46,125 nt of DNA from Puniceicoccales bacterium (GTDB lineage: Bacteria; Verrucomicrobiota; Verrucomicrobiia; Opitutales; JAIRLM01): assembly GCA_031258995.1 (NCBI GenBank), contig JAIRMB010000061.1:1-46125 (forward strand), read 5' to 3'. Both the position numbers and the translations under genes were made by a program. Of this stretch, positions 36,101 to 46,125 are shown piece after piece (position 1 is the stretch's first letter; each line of letters opens with the position of its first letter). The notes beneath the pieces are model-generated. The model was not told where the DNA came from. It was given only the letters and a program-made list of their open reading frames with translations, and ran no database searches.

Positions 36101-37379
36101 CTTCCAGAATATCCCAAATTTCCGGCGCCTGCTTTTCAATAAGCTTCCGTGCGCTCCAAACCGTATGGACAAACCCTAATTCTTTTAAGCGGCGGATAAT
36201 AAAAGGCTCAAAGAGGACTAGCGCGATCTTTTTCGGAAGCCCACACTGATGCAATTTCAGATTGGGGCCGATGACGATAACGGACCGGCCGCTGTAATCG
36301 ACCCGTTTGCCGAGAAGATTTTGACGAAAACGCCCCTGCTTACCTTTTAACATGTCACTCAAAGACTTGAGGGGTCTATTGCCCGTTCCCGATATGGGGC
36401 GCGCGAGACGACCATTGTCGAAGAGTGCATCCACAGCCTCCTGCAACATGCGCATCTCATTGTGAACGATTACGTCCGGCGTCTTCAGTTGCATTAGACT
36501 TTTCAATCGATTATTTCTATTAATCACGCGGCGATAGAGATCATTTAAATCGCTAGTGGCGAAGCGACCCCCATCCAACGGGACGAGCGGACGGAGGTCC
36601 GGCGGAATGACGGCTAAATTTTGTAAAATCATCCACTGGGGCGCCGAACCGCTCTGAAGGAATGCTGAAACGAGCTTTAGTCGTCTGGCTAACTTTTTTT
36701 TCACTTGTTTCGATCTCGTAACGCGCATCGCATTTTCCAGCTCGTCGGCGCAATTCACAAGATCCATAGTTTCCAAAATTTTTCGCAGTGCTCCGGCACC
36801 CATTTCGGCCGAAAAGGCATCATCGCCAAATTCCTCCATGGCTCGCAGATATTCCGCCTCAGAAAGCAATTGCTTCTGCTCCAAAGAGCTAGATCCTGGA
36901 TCGACGACAACATAGGCCTCATAATAGATCACGCGCTCCAAGTCCCGCATGCTCATGTCCAAAAACAGAGCAAGGCGACTAGGCAGGTTTTTAAAAAACC
37001 AAATATGCGCCACTGGAACGGCCAGTTCGATGTGCCCCATGCGTTCCCGTCGCACGCGGGACTGAATTACTTCAACGCCACACCGCTCGCAGAGAACATC
37101 TTTGTATTTTAGCCGCTTATATTTGCCGCAAGCACACTCGTAGTCGCGTACGGGCCCAAAGATGCGTTGACAAAAAAGACCCCCAAATTCCGGTCGGAAA
37201 GTACGATAGTTAATCGTTTCTGGATTTTTGATTTCCCCGCGGGACCAGGATCGAATCGTGTCAGGCGATGCGATGGAAAGACTCACGCTGTCAAAGGTAT
37301 TCTCCGACCCTAGGCCAAGGATTTCTTTCGCTTCTTGCTCATTCATTTTTATAATTCCGGGCGATGGTAATTCTTGCAC
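33177..37379 (-). CDS. rpoC: DNA-directed RNA polymerase subunit beta'
   Basis: 1400-aa ORF. Zn-finger [11 protein letters not shown]...CERCGVEV and catalytic [12 protein letters not shown]. The start is either the GTG at 37379 (2 nt after the rpoB stop) or the ATG at 37346. Confidence 0.95.
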   Translation of the reverse strand: MQELPSPGIIKMNEQEAKEILGLGSENTFDSVSLSIASPDTIRSWSRGEIKNPETINYRTFRPEFGGLFCQRIFGPVRDYECACGKYKRLKYKDVLCERCGVEVIQSRVRRERMGHIELAVPVAHIWFFKNLPSRLALFLDMSMRDLERVIYYEAYVVVDPGSSSLEQKQLLSEAEYLRAMEEFGDDAFSAEMGAGALRKILETMDLVNCADELENAMRVTRSKQVKKKLARRLKLVSAFLQSGSAPQWMILQNLAVIPPDLRPLVPLDGGRFATSDLNDLYRRVINRNNRLKSLMQLKTPDVIVHNEMRMLQEAVDALFDNGRLARPISGTGNRPLKSLSDMLKGKQGRFRQNLLGKRVDYSGRSVIVIGPNLKLHQCGLPKKIALVLFEPFIIRRLKELGFVHTVWSARKLIEKQAPEIWDILEEVMRGHPVLLNRAPTLHRLSIQAFEPTLIEGEAIHLHPLVCTAFNADFDGDQMAVHVPLSIEAVMECKLLMMSTLNIFSPSSGKPIMTPSQDIVMGIYYLTAQSRPQPAGDQHLPLMTDKEEVLLAYGERRLSKHSWIALRNPDRGKTTCYGDSQSRVIRTTVGRVIFNSVLPEQIGFINAPVGKAKLSELIMSAYRTVERQSLVVLLDNLKDVGFQMAMESGASIGIRDMIVPESKPHVVESARKRVAEVNRQFAKGIITEGERYNKIVDIWTGATDEVANEVFSSLSSNDGREEMNPIYLMMDSGARGNRQQVRQLCGMRGLMAKPSGEIVERPILASFREGLSVQDYFTSTHGARKGLADVALKTADAGYMTRKLCDVAMDCVIVCADDGNRNGVWKQALMEGDQEIISLEDRITGRCSSDDIFNPNDLSELLVGSGQLITADVARRIQELGINRVKILSPLTHMGRHGIPANAYGIDLSTNRMAEAGMAVGIIAAQSIGEPGTQLTMKTFHIGGAANQLLKQPQYRARTSGRVRWEGLRNVQTPSGGTIVLNKTGFIRLLDESEREIESFGVVVGSVLFARDGEWVKKDQLLAAWDPHHVPILSEKAGCVRFRDVIPGVTVRRDTDGGGGATIVVIEHKDDLSPCVEIHSDMGGEERAIAAYPIPAGAQIAVREGDDVEAGALLAKTARSAARTQDITGGLPRVAELFEVRRPKDVGEMVKISGIVSIGGILRNKRRVIVTDQETGQKEEHFVPTSKQIVVHEGDFVVKGQLLSDGAVDPHDMLEILGIHATFEYLLCEIQKVYRTQGVIINDKHVEIILARMLRRVRIVAPGDSDFLWGDQLDGCDLQEINQKIVEAGGQPAEAEPVLLGITKASLETNSFLSAASFQETTRVLTDAATLFRTDPLRGFKENIIMGHHIPAGTGLPKYRKLRPVLLVRDSEDYLAMPTKTFGEEDLIVELEETGEIAEI

Positions 37380-37381
37380 GT

Positions 37382-40300
37382 CTAACTGAAGCGCTCCCGA
37401 TCATCCGCCTGCCGCTCCCGATTGAACCGCACGTCCAAGCCAAGAGCTTGCATTTCCTTGACGAGCACGTTAAAGGACTGCGGCATTCCGGCGTTTAATG
37501 TTCTATCCCCTTTAATCATTGCCTTGTAGGTATTTGTCCTACCTTGCACATCGTCCGATTTGACAGTTAGAAACTCCTGCAGCGAATTAGCGGCGCCATA
37601 GGCTTGCAGAGCCCAAACTTCCATTTCGCCAAAGCGCTGGCCGCCATACTGCGCCTTTCCTCCCGGCGGCTGCTGCGTAATAAGGCTGTAGGGCCCCACG
37701 GCACGCGCATGAATCTTGTCTGCGACCAAATGATTGAGCTTCATCATATACATGCAGCCCACGCAAACTTGCTGATCGAAGCGCTCGCCCGTACAGCCGT
37801 CATAGAGATAGGTTTTACCGGATTCTGGCAGGCCAGCCGCGCGAATTTTTTCCAAAATTTCCTCCTCGGAAGCACCGTCAAAAACGGGAGTCGCCACCTT
37901 CATGCCCAAGATTTTGCAAGCCCAACCGAGGTGCGTCTCTAGCACCTGCCCCACATTCATTCGCCCCGGGACGCCGAGTGGATTCAGCACCACATCTATA
38001 GGTGTTCCATCGGGCAAAAACGGCATATCTTCTTCCGCCACAATGCGTGACACAATTCCCTTGTTGCCGTGGCGTCCCGCCATTTTGTCACCCACCTGAA
38101 TTTTGCGCTTCGTCGCCACATAGACACGGACACTTTTTATGACGCCATCTTCGTCGTAATTTCCCGCTTCCGCGAGTCGCAGCTGCGACTGCCGCTCACC
38201 TTCCGCCTGAGCAAACTTCCGCTGAAATGCGGCAACGATGTCATCGATTTTGATTTTTACGGGGGACTCATCGACGTGGATCTTGTCCGCCACGGTCGCC
38301 AATCGGCGAAGGAAGGTTTTCGTAATTTTTCGATTGGCGGGAATGATCACCTCACCCGTTTCGGAATTCGTGATGTCAAGAGGTATTTTCTCGCCCAGCA
38401 GGATGTTAGAAAGAGCTTCGGCAAGAGATTCACGAATTCCATCGATTTCTCTGCGATAGTCTTCCTGGACCTTTTTGGTTTGCCTGCGAATGTCGGCGCT
38501 GGAGAGCCGATCACGATCCTGCTGATCTCCGCCAGGGGTCTTTGTGTCCATGACGATGCCATAGCAGCCAGAAGGAGCCAATAGCGACGAATCCTTCACA
38601 TCCGCAGCCTTTTCGCCAAAGATTGCGCGCAAAAGTTTTTCCTCCGGAGCAAGATCCGTCTCACTCTTCGGAGTAATTTTCCCAACGAGAATATCTCCAG
38701 GCCGCACCTTTGCGCCGATGCGAATCACGCCATCTCTGTTAAGATTACGTAACGCTTCGTCGCCAACGCCTGGAATGTCCCGCGTAATTTCTTCCTGTCC
38801 CAGCTTTGTATCACGGGCGACGGATTCAAATACTTCGATGTGCAGCGAAGTAAATACGTCATCTTTCAGCATACGTTCACTTAGCAGAATAGCGTCTTCG
38901 AAATTGTACCCATTCCACGGCATGAAGGCCACAAGAACATTTTTGCCAAGGGCCAGCTCGCCGCCTTCCGTAGAAGCCCCATCGGCAAGAAGTTGTCCAG
39001 TTATCACTTTCTGCCCGTGTCTCACGCGCGGTATTTGCGTAAAAGAAGTTCCCGCATTCGTGCGTAAGAATTTTTGCAGCCGATAAACGTGGACATCATC
39101 CTCCACAACGCCGTGCAGATCAAAATCTTCGGGAAGCTTGCCGTCTTCCGTTACTACTACGTTGCGTGCGTCGACGTAAGCAACTACGCCGTCGCAAGCC
39201 GCCCGCACTACCGCCCGCGAGTCCTGGGCAATTTTTGCCTCCACGCCAGTTCCTACGACCGGCGCCTCTGGAACAATGAGAGGAACCGCCTGCCGTTGCA
39301 TGTTAGCACCCATCAATGCCCGAGTAGTGTCATCGTGCTCCAAAAACGGAATAAGACTCGTCGTAGCGGATACCAACTGACGCGAAGAAACGTCCATGTG
39401 CGTCACTTCGGACGGATCCACCTCCAAAACCTTATCGCGATAGCGAACCGCAACGGGTCCAATCAACTTTCCGCTGCCGTCGATTTTCGCATCAACTTGC
39501 GCGATTTTACAATCTTCTTCTTCGTCAGCATTCAAATACGCAACCGTTTCGGAAACGCGTCCCTTCTTCACAATGCGATAGGGGGCCTCGATGAAGCCGA
39601 ATTCACTAAGTACAGCATAACTACTTAACGAATTAATTAGACCAACGTTAGGACCTTCTGGAGATTCAATGGGGCAAATGCGGGCGTAGTGGGAGGTATG
39701 CACATCTCTCACATCGAGTCCCGCGCGATCACGGCTCAATCCGCCAGGACCCAAGGCAGATATGCGCCGCTTATGGGTAAGCTCCGATAGAGGATTGATT
39801 TGATCCATAAGTTGGGACAATTGGCTGCGGGCAAAAAAGTCTCGAATGGTCGCTAAAAATAGCTTAGGATTAACAAGTTTTTGCGGCGTAATGGAATCCA
39901 CACTTTGATCATAGAGGCTCATGCATTCGCGCGTGTGGCGTTCCAGCCTGGCAAGTCCCGCGCGACACTGATTTGCAATGAGCTCTCCGACGGCCCGCAC
40001 GCGGCGGTTTCCAAGATGGTCGATGTCGTCAACATCTCTGTGCCCCAACCGTATTTGAAAGAGAAACTTCAAAGATGCGACAATGTCCTCAACAGAGATT
40101 AGCCGATCCTCCGGATCTCGTCTTAAGCCGAGCTTCTGATTGAGTTTATAGCGGCCAACTCGGCCCAGATCATAGCGCCGCGCATCGCGAAATAATCTCC
40201 GTAAAAGCGCTTGTGCGTTGGCGATAGTTGGCGGCTCTCCCGGACGAAGGCGCATGTAAATCTCGTAGAGCGCTTCGTCCACATTCCGCGTCGCATCGCG

Positions 40301-41161
40301 CTTGAGCGTGCGGATCAGCAGGCCGTTATCGAGAGAAATGTCGACAACCTTCAATTCTTTAACGCCAGCTTGCACAAATGTTTGCAGCACAGTGCGGGTG
40401 ACCATGTCATAGGTCCGCGCGAGGACAATTCCCTGTCGAGCATCTATGACGTCGTCCGCTAAAACGTAGGAAGAGAGTTCTGTCTGCTCCAGCAGCCAAT
40501 CAACGGACGTCTGCCGCACGTCGTAAAAAAGCTCCAAAATTTCCTGATCCGCCCCATAGCCCAGTGCCCGCAAAAGCGTTGTAACGAGAAATTTACGGCG
40601 ACGGCGACGGCGATCCAGGTACACATAGACAAGATCATAGGGATCGAACTGCATTTCAATCCACACACCCCGGTCGGGTATAATCCGCGACACAAAGAGC
40701 TTCTTCCCACTCACGTGCTCGCTGGCCTCAAAACTGACCCCCGAAGTTCGATGCAACTGACTGACAATAACTCGCTCGGCGCCATTGACGATGAAGGATC
40801 CGCGCAGAGTCATTGTGGGAATTTCGCCAAAAAATACTTCCTCTTCCCGATTAATGGCATCCTCCGTTAGGCGAAGCGTTACGTACAGCCCGACCCCGTA
40901 GGTTATTCCTTCCCGTAGACAAAAATCTTCAGGAAATTTTGGCTTCGCCAAGCGATAGGAAAGAAATTCTAATCGGCAGCGGCCGTCGTAACTTTCGATA
41001 GGAAAAGAATCTAAGAATACACTCTGCAGACCGGAATTTCGTCGCTTCCCCGGAGCTATGTCCGCCTGCAAAAATTCGCGAAAAGAATCAAGCTGTATCT
41101 TAATAAAATCCGGCGCAGCAATCGCTTCGCTCAATTTTCCAAAATGCGTACGCTCAGACAT
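37382..41161 (-). CDS. rpoB: DNA-directed RNA polymerase subunit beta
   Basis: The ATG at 41161 has a GGAG SD (MSERTHFGKL...). Conserved blocks: SQLSQLMDQINPLSELTHKRR, GPNVGLI, NMQRQAVP, GRHGNKGIVS. Confidence 0.95.
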   Translation of the reverse strand: MSERTHFGKLSEAIAAPDFIKIQLDSFREFLQADIAPGKRRNSGLQSVFLDSFPIESYDGRCRLEFLSYRLAKPKFPEDFCLREGITYGVGLYVTLRLTEDAINREEEVFFGEIPTMTLRGSFIVNGAERVIVSQLHRTSGVSFEASEHVSGKKLFVSRIIPDRGVWIEMQFDPYDLVYVYLDRRRRRRKFLVTTLLRALGYGADQEILELFYDVRQTSVDWLLEQTELSSYVLADDVIDARQGIVLARTYDMVTRTVLQTFVQAGVKELKVVDISLDNGLLIRTLKRDATRNVDEALYEIYMRLRPGEPPTIANAQALLRRLFRDARRYDLGRVGRYKLNQKLGLRRDPEDRLISVEDIVASLKFLFQIRLGHRDVDDIDHLGNRRVRAVGELIANQCRAGLARLERHTRECMSLYDQSVDSITPQKLVNPKLFLATIRDFFARSQLSQLMDQINPLSELTHKRRISALGPGGLSRDRAGLDVRDVHTSHYARICPIESPEGPNVGLINSLSSYAVLSEFGFIEAPYRIVKKGRVSETVAYLNADEEEDCKIAQVDAKIDGSGKLIGPVAVRYRDKVLEVDPSEVTHMDVSSRQLVSATTSLIPFLEHDDTTRALMGANMQRQAVPLIVPEAPVVGTGVEAKIAQDSRAVVRAACDGVVAYVDARNVVVTEDGKLPEDFDLHGVVEDDVHVYRLQKFLRTNAGTSFTQIPRVRHGQKVITGQLLADGASTEGGELALGKNVLVAFMPWNGYNFEDAILLSERMLKDDVFTSLHIEVFESVARDTKLGQEEITRDIPGVGDEALRNLNRDGVIRIGAKVRPGDILVGKITPKSETDLAPEEKLLRAIFGEKAADVKDSSLLAPSGCYGIVMDTKTPGGDQQDRDRLSSADIRRQTKKVQEDYRREIDGIRESLAEALSNILLGEKIPLDITNSETGEVIIPANRKITKTFLRRLATVADKIHVDESPVKIKIDDIVAAFQRKFAQAEGERQSQLRLAEAGNYDEDGVIKSVRVYVATKRKIQVGDKMAGRHGNKGIVSRIVAEEDMPFLPDGTPIDVVLNPLGVPGRMNVGQVLETHLGWACKILGMKVATPVFDGASEEEILEKIRAAGLPESGKTYLYDGCTGERFDQQVCVGCMYMMKLNHLVADKIHARAVGPYSLITQQPPGGKAQYGGQRFGEMEVWALQAYGAANSLQEFLTVKSDDVQGRTNTYKAMIKGDRTLNAGMPQSFNVLVKEMQALGLDVRFNRERQADDRERFS

Positions 41162-41258
41162 AGTCCACTCCACTAACAACGTGCCCCACCTGTTCCATCG
41201 CAGGGCACAATTCTTCTACATTTCATTGAAACCGACGAAGTTTCACGCACCATCATGG

Positions 41259-41642
41259 CTACTTTAACTCGACCTTTGCGCCAACGGCCTCTAACTTCTT
41301 CTTTATTTCCTCCGCCTCTGCCTTCGCTATACCTTCTTTAACTGCCTTTGGGGCACCTTCAACGACGGCCTTCGCTTCAATGAGTCCCAGGCCAGTGATT
41401 GCACGGATCTCTTTAATGACGTTAATCTTACTCTCACCAGCGGACAGAAGAAGGACAGAAAATTCCGTCTGCTCTTCGACCGGAGCTTCCGCCGTTGCCG
41501 AAGTAGCCGCAGCGACGGCAACCGGAGCGGCCGCACTAACACCCCACTTCTCTTCGAGCTCCTTTACAAGCGCCGCAATTTCAATCACCGACTGCCCGCC
41601 GAGCCACTCTATAACCTCTTCTTTTGTAACCTTTGCCATCAT
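41259..41642 (-). CDS. rplL: 50S ribosomal protein L7/L12
   Basis: 127 aa. Ala-rich hinge, and C-terminal domain [49 protein letters not shown]. Confidence 0.97.
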   Translation of the reverse strand: MMAKVTKEEVIEWLGGQSVIEIAALVKELEEKWGVSAAAPVAVAAATSATAEAPVEEQTEFSVLLLSAGESKINVIKEIRAITGLGLIEAKAVVEGAPKAVKEGIAKAEAEEIKKKLEAVGAKVELK

Positions 41643-41709
41643 TCACCTCCTGAGCTAAAAAAGGCGGAAAGCCATTAGACTTCGCCGTTTAAGAAACACA
41701 ATTCCCTGC

Positions 41710-42240
41710 CTAGCCCGTTTGTCCCTTCGTCGCGTACGCCGACAGCACCCGCAATAGTCCCTGCAGGGCCGCATCACACGTCATAAGGAAATTCTGCGCC
41801 GGAGCCTGCAGAAGCGCCAAAAATCGGGCGCGCAATTCGGCAAGAGACGGCAACTTCGCAAGACTTGCCAAATTTTCCGCGCTCATTAGCCGTCCGTCCA
41901 GAACGCCGCACTTTAACTTCAGCCTATCCTCCCGCTCCTTGTCATCCATGAACTCTTGCAACACTTTCGCCACATTGGAGGGGTCCCCGTCGCCCGTAAC
42001 AATTGCCGTCGCTCCTCGAAGTGCATCCGCCGCAAAATCCGGCAAGCCCCGCTCCCGCGCAGCCAGACGTAGAACGGAATTTTTTACCACATGGTACATC
42101 GCGCCCTTTTCTCTGAGTCTTTTGCGTAAGACTGCGACATCGGCAACGGTCAGTCGATTAAAGGCAGCCAAAAGCACATAGTCCGACCCAGCCATCCATC
42201 CGAACGCTTCGTTCACTAAAAACTTCTTTTCCTTACGCAT
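41710..42240 (-). CDS. rplJ: 50S ribosomal protein L10
   Basis: 176 aa. Position upstream of rplL. LTVADVAVLRKRLRE.GA.YHVVKNS. Confidence 0.9.
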   Translation of the reverse strand: MRKEKKFLVNEAFGWMAGSDYVLLAAFNRLTVADVAVLRKRLREKGAMYHVVKNSVLRLAARERGLPDFAADALRGATAIVTGDGDPSNVAKVLQEFMDDKEREDRLKLKCGVLDGRLMSAENLASLAKLPSLAELRARFLALLQAPAQNFLMTCDAALQGLLRVLSAYATKGQTG

Positions 42241-42256
42241 GACAAACCCTTCCGCA

Positions 42257-42964
42257 TCAGGCGACTTGCAGCAATTGGCTCCACTCCACGGACACTCCGG
42301 GGCCCATGGTAAAACTCAGCGTGGCTGAAAGAATGTAGCGGCCACCTCGGACAGCTGCCGGACAAATCCGCTCGACCTCCCCTGCCGCTGCTACTGCATT
42401 TTCTCGCAATTTGTCCACCCCAAAAGACCGTCTGCCCAGAACCAGAGAAAGATTTGCGGTCTTGTCCATTTTAAATTCGTAGCGACCCGCCTTTACCTCC
42501 CGCACGGCGGCCGCGACGTCGTCGGACACGGTGCCAGCCTTGGGGCTAGGCATCAACCCACGCGGGCCCAAAATCTTAGCGATTGAACGAACCTCGCGCA
42601 TGGCCGCCGTAGTCGCAATTGCCACATCAAATTCGCTCCACCCTCCCTGAATTTTAGTCACCAGGTCGGATAGGCCCGCGTGATCGGCACCCGCCTCTCT
42701 AGCCGCCTCCGGAAATTCCGTAAAGACGAGCACCCGCACGGCCTTTCCGCTGCCGTGGGGCAAGCGCACGATGCCGCGCACCATCTGATCTCCCTGCTTC
42801 GGATCTACGCCCAAATGTAGAGATAGTTCCAACGTCTCATCGAATTTAGCGGATGCGGTCGCTAGCAGATGCTGCAGCGCCTCCCCGAGCGAAGGCTTTC
42901 TTGGCCCCCCCTCCCTTTGAATAATTTCCAAATTTTTTCGATAGAGCCTGCTCCGCTTTTTCAT
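42257..42964 (-). CDS. rplA: 50S ribosomal protein L1
   Basis: [37 protein letters not shown]...[15 protein letters not shown]. Confidence 0.95.
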   Translation of the reverse strand: MKKRSRLYRKNLEIIQREGGPRKPSLGEALQHLLATASAKFDETLELSLHLGVDPKQGDQMVRGIVRLPHGSGKAVRVLVFTEFPEAAREAGADHAGLSDLVTKIQGGWSEFDVAIATTAAMREVRSIAKILGPRGLMPSPKAGTVSDDVAAAVREVKAGRYEFKMDKTANLSLVLGRRSFGVDKLRENAVAAAGEVERICPAAVRGGRYILSATLSFTMGPGVSVEWSQLLQVA

Positions 42965-43407
42965 GTCTTCTCCCCCATTCTTACAGCGATTCCCATACTG
43001 CGGGCCGTTCCCTCCACCATCCGCATGGCCGCTTCCACATCGTTCGCATTTAAATCTGCCATTTTTTTCTGGGCAACCTCGCGAACCTGCTGACGCGTAA
43101 CAGATCCGACGATGGTCTTGTTGGGCATGCCGGAACCACCTTTGACACCCGCCGCCTTCCTTAGGAGCACGGACGCGGGCGGAGACTTCATGATGAAGTC
43201 AAACGACTTGTCGGCATAGACGCTGATAACCACCGGAATGATCGTCCCCACTTGGTCCTTTGTCTTGGCATTGAATTCCTTACAGAAACCCATGATGTTC
43301 ACGCCCGCAGATCCGAGTGCGGGACCGACCGGCGGGGCGGGATTCGCCTCCCCGGCCGGAAGCTGCAGTTTGATTAACTTAACAATTTTTTTCTTCGGAG
43401 CGGCCAT
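42961..43407 (-). CDS. rplK: 50S ribosomal protein L11
   Basis: [34 protein letters not shown]. Confidence 0.97.
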   Translation of the reverse strand: MAAPKKKIVKLIKLQLPAGEANPAPPVGPALGSAGVNIMGFCKEFNAKTKDQVGTIIPVVISVYADKSFDFIMKSPPASVLLRKAAGVKGGSGMPNKTIVGSVTRQQVREVAQKKMADLNANDVEAAMRMVEGTARSMGIAVRMGEKT

Positions 43408-43408
43408 G

Positions 43409-44008
43409 TCAGACCTCCTCTCTGCTAACTTGCCAAAATTCTAAATCCACTGGAGTCTTCCTACCAAAAAGACCGACTGAGACCCGTAACCTGCCGGCCT
43501 CCTCATCCAAACTCTCAACTTCCCCACTCGATCCGGCAAACGGACCATCCGTAATTTTCACAGGCGTACCAACTTCATAGAACTTCTTAGACATCACGGG
43601 CTGTTGCTGCGTTGCCGCCCGCGCACGAATCTCATCCACTTCGGACTGCTTCAGCGGCGTGGGGCGACGTCCGGAGCCAACAAACCCGGAAACGCCCTCC
43701 GTCTCCGCAATTAGGCGCCAAAGCACCTGCCGCAGCTCGCCATTGCCCTCGTAGAGATCCATCTCGGCAAATAAATAGCCGGGGTAGAGCTTTCGTTGGC
43801 GCGTTATTTTTTTCCCATTGCGCACCTCACAAAACAGTGCAACGGGAAAAAGAATTTCACGAATCCATTTCTCCGCTCCGATCGATCGAGCACGAAGACG
43901 CAACGCCTTCTGTGCCTTCGCTTCACAATTTGAAAGGACCTGCAGAGTGTACCAATAAAAGGAGCCCTCGCCTTGGGCAGATTCGTCTGAAGCAGAATCA
44001 CTGCACAT
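43409..44008 (-). CDS. nusG: transcription termination/antitermination factor NusG
   Basis: [22 protein letters not shown] motif [22 protein letters not shown]. Confidence 0.93.
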   Translation of the reverse strand: MCSDSASDESAQGEGSFYWYTLQVLSNCEAKAQKALRLRARSIGAEKWIREILFPVALFCEVRNGKKITRQRKLYPGYLFAEMDLYEGNGELRQVLWRLIAETEGVSGFVGSGRRPTPLKQSEVDEIRARAATQQQPVMSKKFYEVGTPVKITDGPFAGSSGEVESLDEEAGRLRVSVGLFGRKTPVDLEFWQVSREEV

Positions 44009-44020
44009 AGTACAAACCCC

Positions 44021-44227
44021 TTAGCGGACGAGATCCATCAGCAAATTTGTCATCTGAAAAAGAGAGAAATCGACAGCGCTAACAAAAAGGCCCAGCGAAA
44101 CCGCCCCAACTAGAACTGTGACCAGAGCGCGACGAAACTCGCCGGCGGTCGGCCAGCTTACCTTCCTAAGCTCCCCCGCCGTCTCTGACAGAAAACGCCC
44201 CGTCCTTCTCAATATGCCCGTTGCCAA
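44021..44227 (-). CDS. secE: preprotein translocase subunit SecE
   Basis: 68 aa. ELRKVSWPT motif followed by one TM helix. Positioned between tRNA-Trp and nusG. Confidence 0.9.
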   Translation of the reverse strand: MATGILRRTGRFLSETAGELRKVSWPTAGEFRRALVTVLVGAVSLGLFVSAVDFSLFQMTNLLMDLVR

Positions 44228-44246
44228 CGTTTAAGCCTTTCTTCTC

Positions 44247-44323
44247 TGGCAGGGGAAGAGGGAATCGAACCCCCAACCTACGGTTTTGGAGACCGTTGCT
44301 CTGCCAAATTGAGCTATTCCCCT
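44247..44323 (-). tRNA. trnW: tRNA-Trp (anticodon CCA), 3' CCA encoded
   Basis: The reverse complement AGGGGAATAGCTCAATTTGGCAGAGCAACGGTCTCCAAAACCGTAGGTTGGGGGTTCGATTCCCTCTTCCCCTGCCA folds as a cloverleaf. The 7-bp acceptor stem is AGGGGAA/TTCCCCT, with a GGTTCGATTCC T-arm and anticodon loop CTCCAAA. Confidence 0.93.
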
Positions 44324-44436
44324 TTAAGGATTTTGGAGCCTCATCTCAGAATGCGCCTCTTTGGCGATGGCAAGCGAAAAGCACAGAATAAAAAAATTTC
44401 TTTCACTCCTCACTGCCTCAGTCAAAAATTTCACCC

Positions 44437-45630
44437 CTATACGAGGACCTCCACGACGCGGCCTGCTCCAACGGTCCGCCCACCCTCTCGAATGGCAAAG
44501 CGCTGCCCCTTTTCCATGGCGATGGGCTTCTGCAGCTCCACCTCGATGGCCTGGTTGTCGCCGGGCATCATCATTTCCACGCCGTCCGACAGCTTAATCA
44601 CGCCCGTAACATCCGTCGTGCGAAAATAAAACTGGGGCCGATAGCCGTTCAGGAACGGCGTATGGCGGCCGCCCTCATCCTTGGAGAGCACATACACTTC
44701 CGCCTTGAACTTGGTGTGCGGCTTGATGGTGCCAGGCTTGGCTAAGACATGGCCCCGCTCTATCTGATCTTTCTCGACGCCGCGCAAAAGGACGCCCACG
44801 TTATCGCCGGCCTGTCCCTGGTCGAGAAGCTTCCTAAACATCTCTACGCCAGTCGCTACTGTTTTGCGAACTCCCTCGCCGAGACCCACAATCTCCACCT
44901 CATCGCCCACCTTCACGATACCGCGCTCGATGCGACCGGTCGCCACGGTGCCGCGGCCCGTAATGGAAAACACGTCCTCTATGGACATTAGGAACGGCTT
45001 ATCAACCTCCCGCTGTGGTTCCGGAATGTCCTTATCGATCGCCTCCAGGAGAGCCGTAATGGCCGCAACTCCTTCCGGCTTTCCTTCGAGGGCCGCCAGC
45101 GCAGAACCGCGAATGACTGTAATATTATCCCCATCAAACTCATATTTAGTGAGTAGGTCGCGAATCTCCATTTCGACCAACTCCAACAGCTCCGGATCGT
45201 CTAGCAAATCCACCTTATTTAGAAAGACAACGATCCGCGGCACGCCCACCTGACGGGCGAGCAAAATATGCTCGCGGGTCTGCGGCATAGGTCCATCGGC
45301 GGCACTTACCACTAAAATCGCTCCATCCATCTGAGCCGCACCGGTGATCATATTTTTCACGAAATCCGCGTGCCCGGGACAGTCCACGTGGGCATAGTGC
45401 CGTTTTTCGCTCTCGTATTCCACGTGCGATACGGCTATGGTCACCGTCTTGGATTCGTCGCGGACGGTACCGCCCTTTGTAATGTCCGCGTAAGACTTAA
45501 ACTGCGCTAGGCCGCGATCCGACTGCACTTTCAGTATAGCAGTCGTGAGCGTTGATTTCCCATGGTCCACGTGGCCAATGGTTCCAACGTTGACGTGGGG
45601 CTTATTTCTCTGGAAGTTCTCCTTCGCCAT
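44437..45630 (-). CDS. tuf: elongation factor Tu
   Basis: 397 aa. [24 protein letters not shown]. Canonical tRNA-Thr/tuf/tRNA-Trp/secE context. Confidence 0.97.
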   Translation of the reverse strand: MAKENFQRNKPHVNVGTIGHVDHGKSTLTTAILKVQSDRGLAQFKSYADITKGGTVRDESKTVTIAVSHVEYESEKRHYAHVDCPGHADFVKNMITGAAQMDGAILVVSAADGPMPQTREHILLARQVGVPRIVVFLNKVDLLDDPELLELVEMEIRDLLTKYEFDGDNITVIRGSALAALEGKPEGVAAITALLEAIDKDIPEPQREVDKPFLMSIEDVFSITGRGTVATGRIERGIVKVGDEVEIVGLGEGVRKTVATGVEMFRKLLDQGQAGDNVGVLLRGVEKDQIERGHVLAKPGTIKPHTKFKAEVYVLSKDEGGRHTPFLNGYRPQFYFRTTDVTGVIKLSDGVEMMMPGDNQAIEVELQKPIAMEKGQRFAIREGGRTVGAGRVVEVLV

Positions 45631-45659
45631 GGTCTTTTCCTGTTAATTCCTAAAACCAG

Positions 45660-45735
45660 TGGAGCCCCCGAGCGGATTTGAACCGCTGACCTCGTCCTTA
45701 CCAAGGACGCGCTCTGCCAACTGAGCTACAAGGGC
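45660..45735 (-). tRNA. trnT: tRNA-Thr (anticodon GGT), 3' CCA encoded
   Basis: The reverse complement GCCCTTGTAGCTCAGTTGGCAGAGCGCGTCCTTGGTAAGGACGAGGTCAGCGGTTCAAATCCGCTCGGGGGCTCCA has acceptor stem GCCCTTG/CGGGGGC (two G-U pairs), anticodon loop TTGGTAA and a GGTTCAAATCC T-arm. Confidence 0.9.
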
Positions 45736-45887
45736 CTCCAGGGCGCAAATTTCTACCACCGACGCCCCACTCGAGGCGGTAAAGTGGGGGCGGCTGGCGG
45801 ACCGTCAAGTGTTTTTTGGGGAAATTTTCACCGATCGACACAAAACGTTTCGCGGCGCAAAGTTTCGAAAAATTAGTTCCGCCAATG

Positions 45888-46125
45888 CTAGGCCGTGCGG
45901 CGGCGGGCGTCTTCCCGTAAAAAATTTTGCAGATTGTCAAACTCCTTCGCTACGTGCACTTTGGCGGCCATCAAATCTTGATTTTGGTCCACGGCAAAAA
46001 GATAGAATTTTACCTTTGGCTCCGTGCCACTGCCTCGGACGGCTACCCGACAGCCGCCGGCCAATTCAAAGATGTGGAAGTCATCGGCAAAAATCCGTCC
46101 GCCTTCGCCGTCGTCTGCCCCCCGC
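45888..46125 (-). CDS. alpha-D-phosphohexomutase family protein (phosphoglucomutase/phosphomannomutase), C-terminal 78 codons; 5' end outside window
   Basis: My own minus-strand translation gives ...RIFADDFHIFELAGGCRVAVRGSGTEPKVKFYLFAVDQNQD...LREDARRRTA*, with the phosphohexomutase domain-4 loop R.SGTEPK.K.Y. TAG stop at 45888-45890. It is absent from the ORF track because it has no start codon in the window. Confidence 0.75.
   Translation of the reverse strand, partial: RGADDGEGGRIFADDFHIFELAGGCRVAVRGSGTEPKVKFYLFAVDQNQDLMAAKVHVAKEFDNLQNFLREDARRRTA

Noticed and set aside
41181-41208. GTGCCC/GGGCAC hairpin between rplL and rpoB as an attenuator or terminator.
   Set aside because: It has only a 6-bp stem with a 16-nt loop and a weak U-tract. 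It is plausible by analogy with the E. coli rplL-rpoB attenuator but not supportable from sequence alone.
45736-45887. Promoter for the tRNA-Thr/tuf super-operon (TTGACG on the minus strand; TAGAAA 17 nt before the tRNA).
   Set aside because: The two hexamers are about 50 nt apart, and neither has a properly spaced partner.
1-46125. Search for CRISPR arrays, rRNA genes, transposases/integrases, IS inverted repeats and toxin-antitoxin pairs.
   Set aside because: None was seen. The only repeats are the segmental duplication and its internal 21-bp coding repeats. The duplication has no mobile-element genes or terminal inverted repeats.

Overview
The window is a moderately GC-rich bacterial chromosome segment in three parts.

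(1) 15.5-45.7 kb, minus strand: one collinear translation/transcription super-operon. Gene order is tRNA-Thr, tuf, tRNA-Trp, secE, nusG, rplKAJL, rpoBC, rpsLG, fusA, then the S10, spc and alpha ribosomal-protein blocks ending at rplQ. A truncated phosphohexomutase gene lies at the right edge.

(2) 10.1-15.6 kb: ordinary housekeeping genes. These are a stand-alone 5'-3' exonuclease, dCMP deaminase, kpsF/kdsD-type arabinose-5-P isomerase, glmM and two Dpp/Opp-type ABC ATPases. An ABC permease 3' end and coaE lie at the left edge.

(3) 1.4-10.1 kb, plus strand: the interesting part, a non-flagellar type III secretion (T3SS) locus. It ends in an injectisome-type export-gate gene (sctV) that is translationally coupled to a TPR chaperone-like gene.
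- Upstream sits a roughly 2.3 kb segment present twice in tandem. Each copy carries three tightly coupled genes (called A, B, C here) for coiled-coil / heptad-repeat proteins I cannot assign to any family.
- The two copies are separated by a CesT/SycN-like class I chaperone gene and a 149-aa ORF.
- The copies are mosaics of nearly identical and strongly diverged blocks.
- They carry in-frame 21-bp tandem repeats whose copy number differs between copies.
- Each B gene has an A9 homopolymer just upstream of its C-terminal membrane anchor.
- Conserved non-coding elements lie before and after each cassette.
- An Inc-like protein gene with a bilobed hydrophobic domain precedes the array.

I interpret this as a candidate undescribed T3SS substrate module, possibly with a SNARE-like tail-anchored member. 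All functional calls for it are inference from sequence reading only.

I saw no CRISPR array, rRNA, transposase or integrase.
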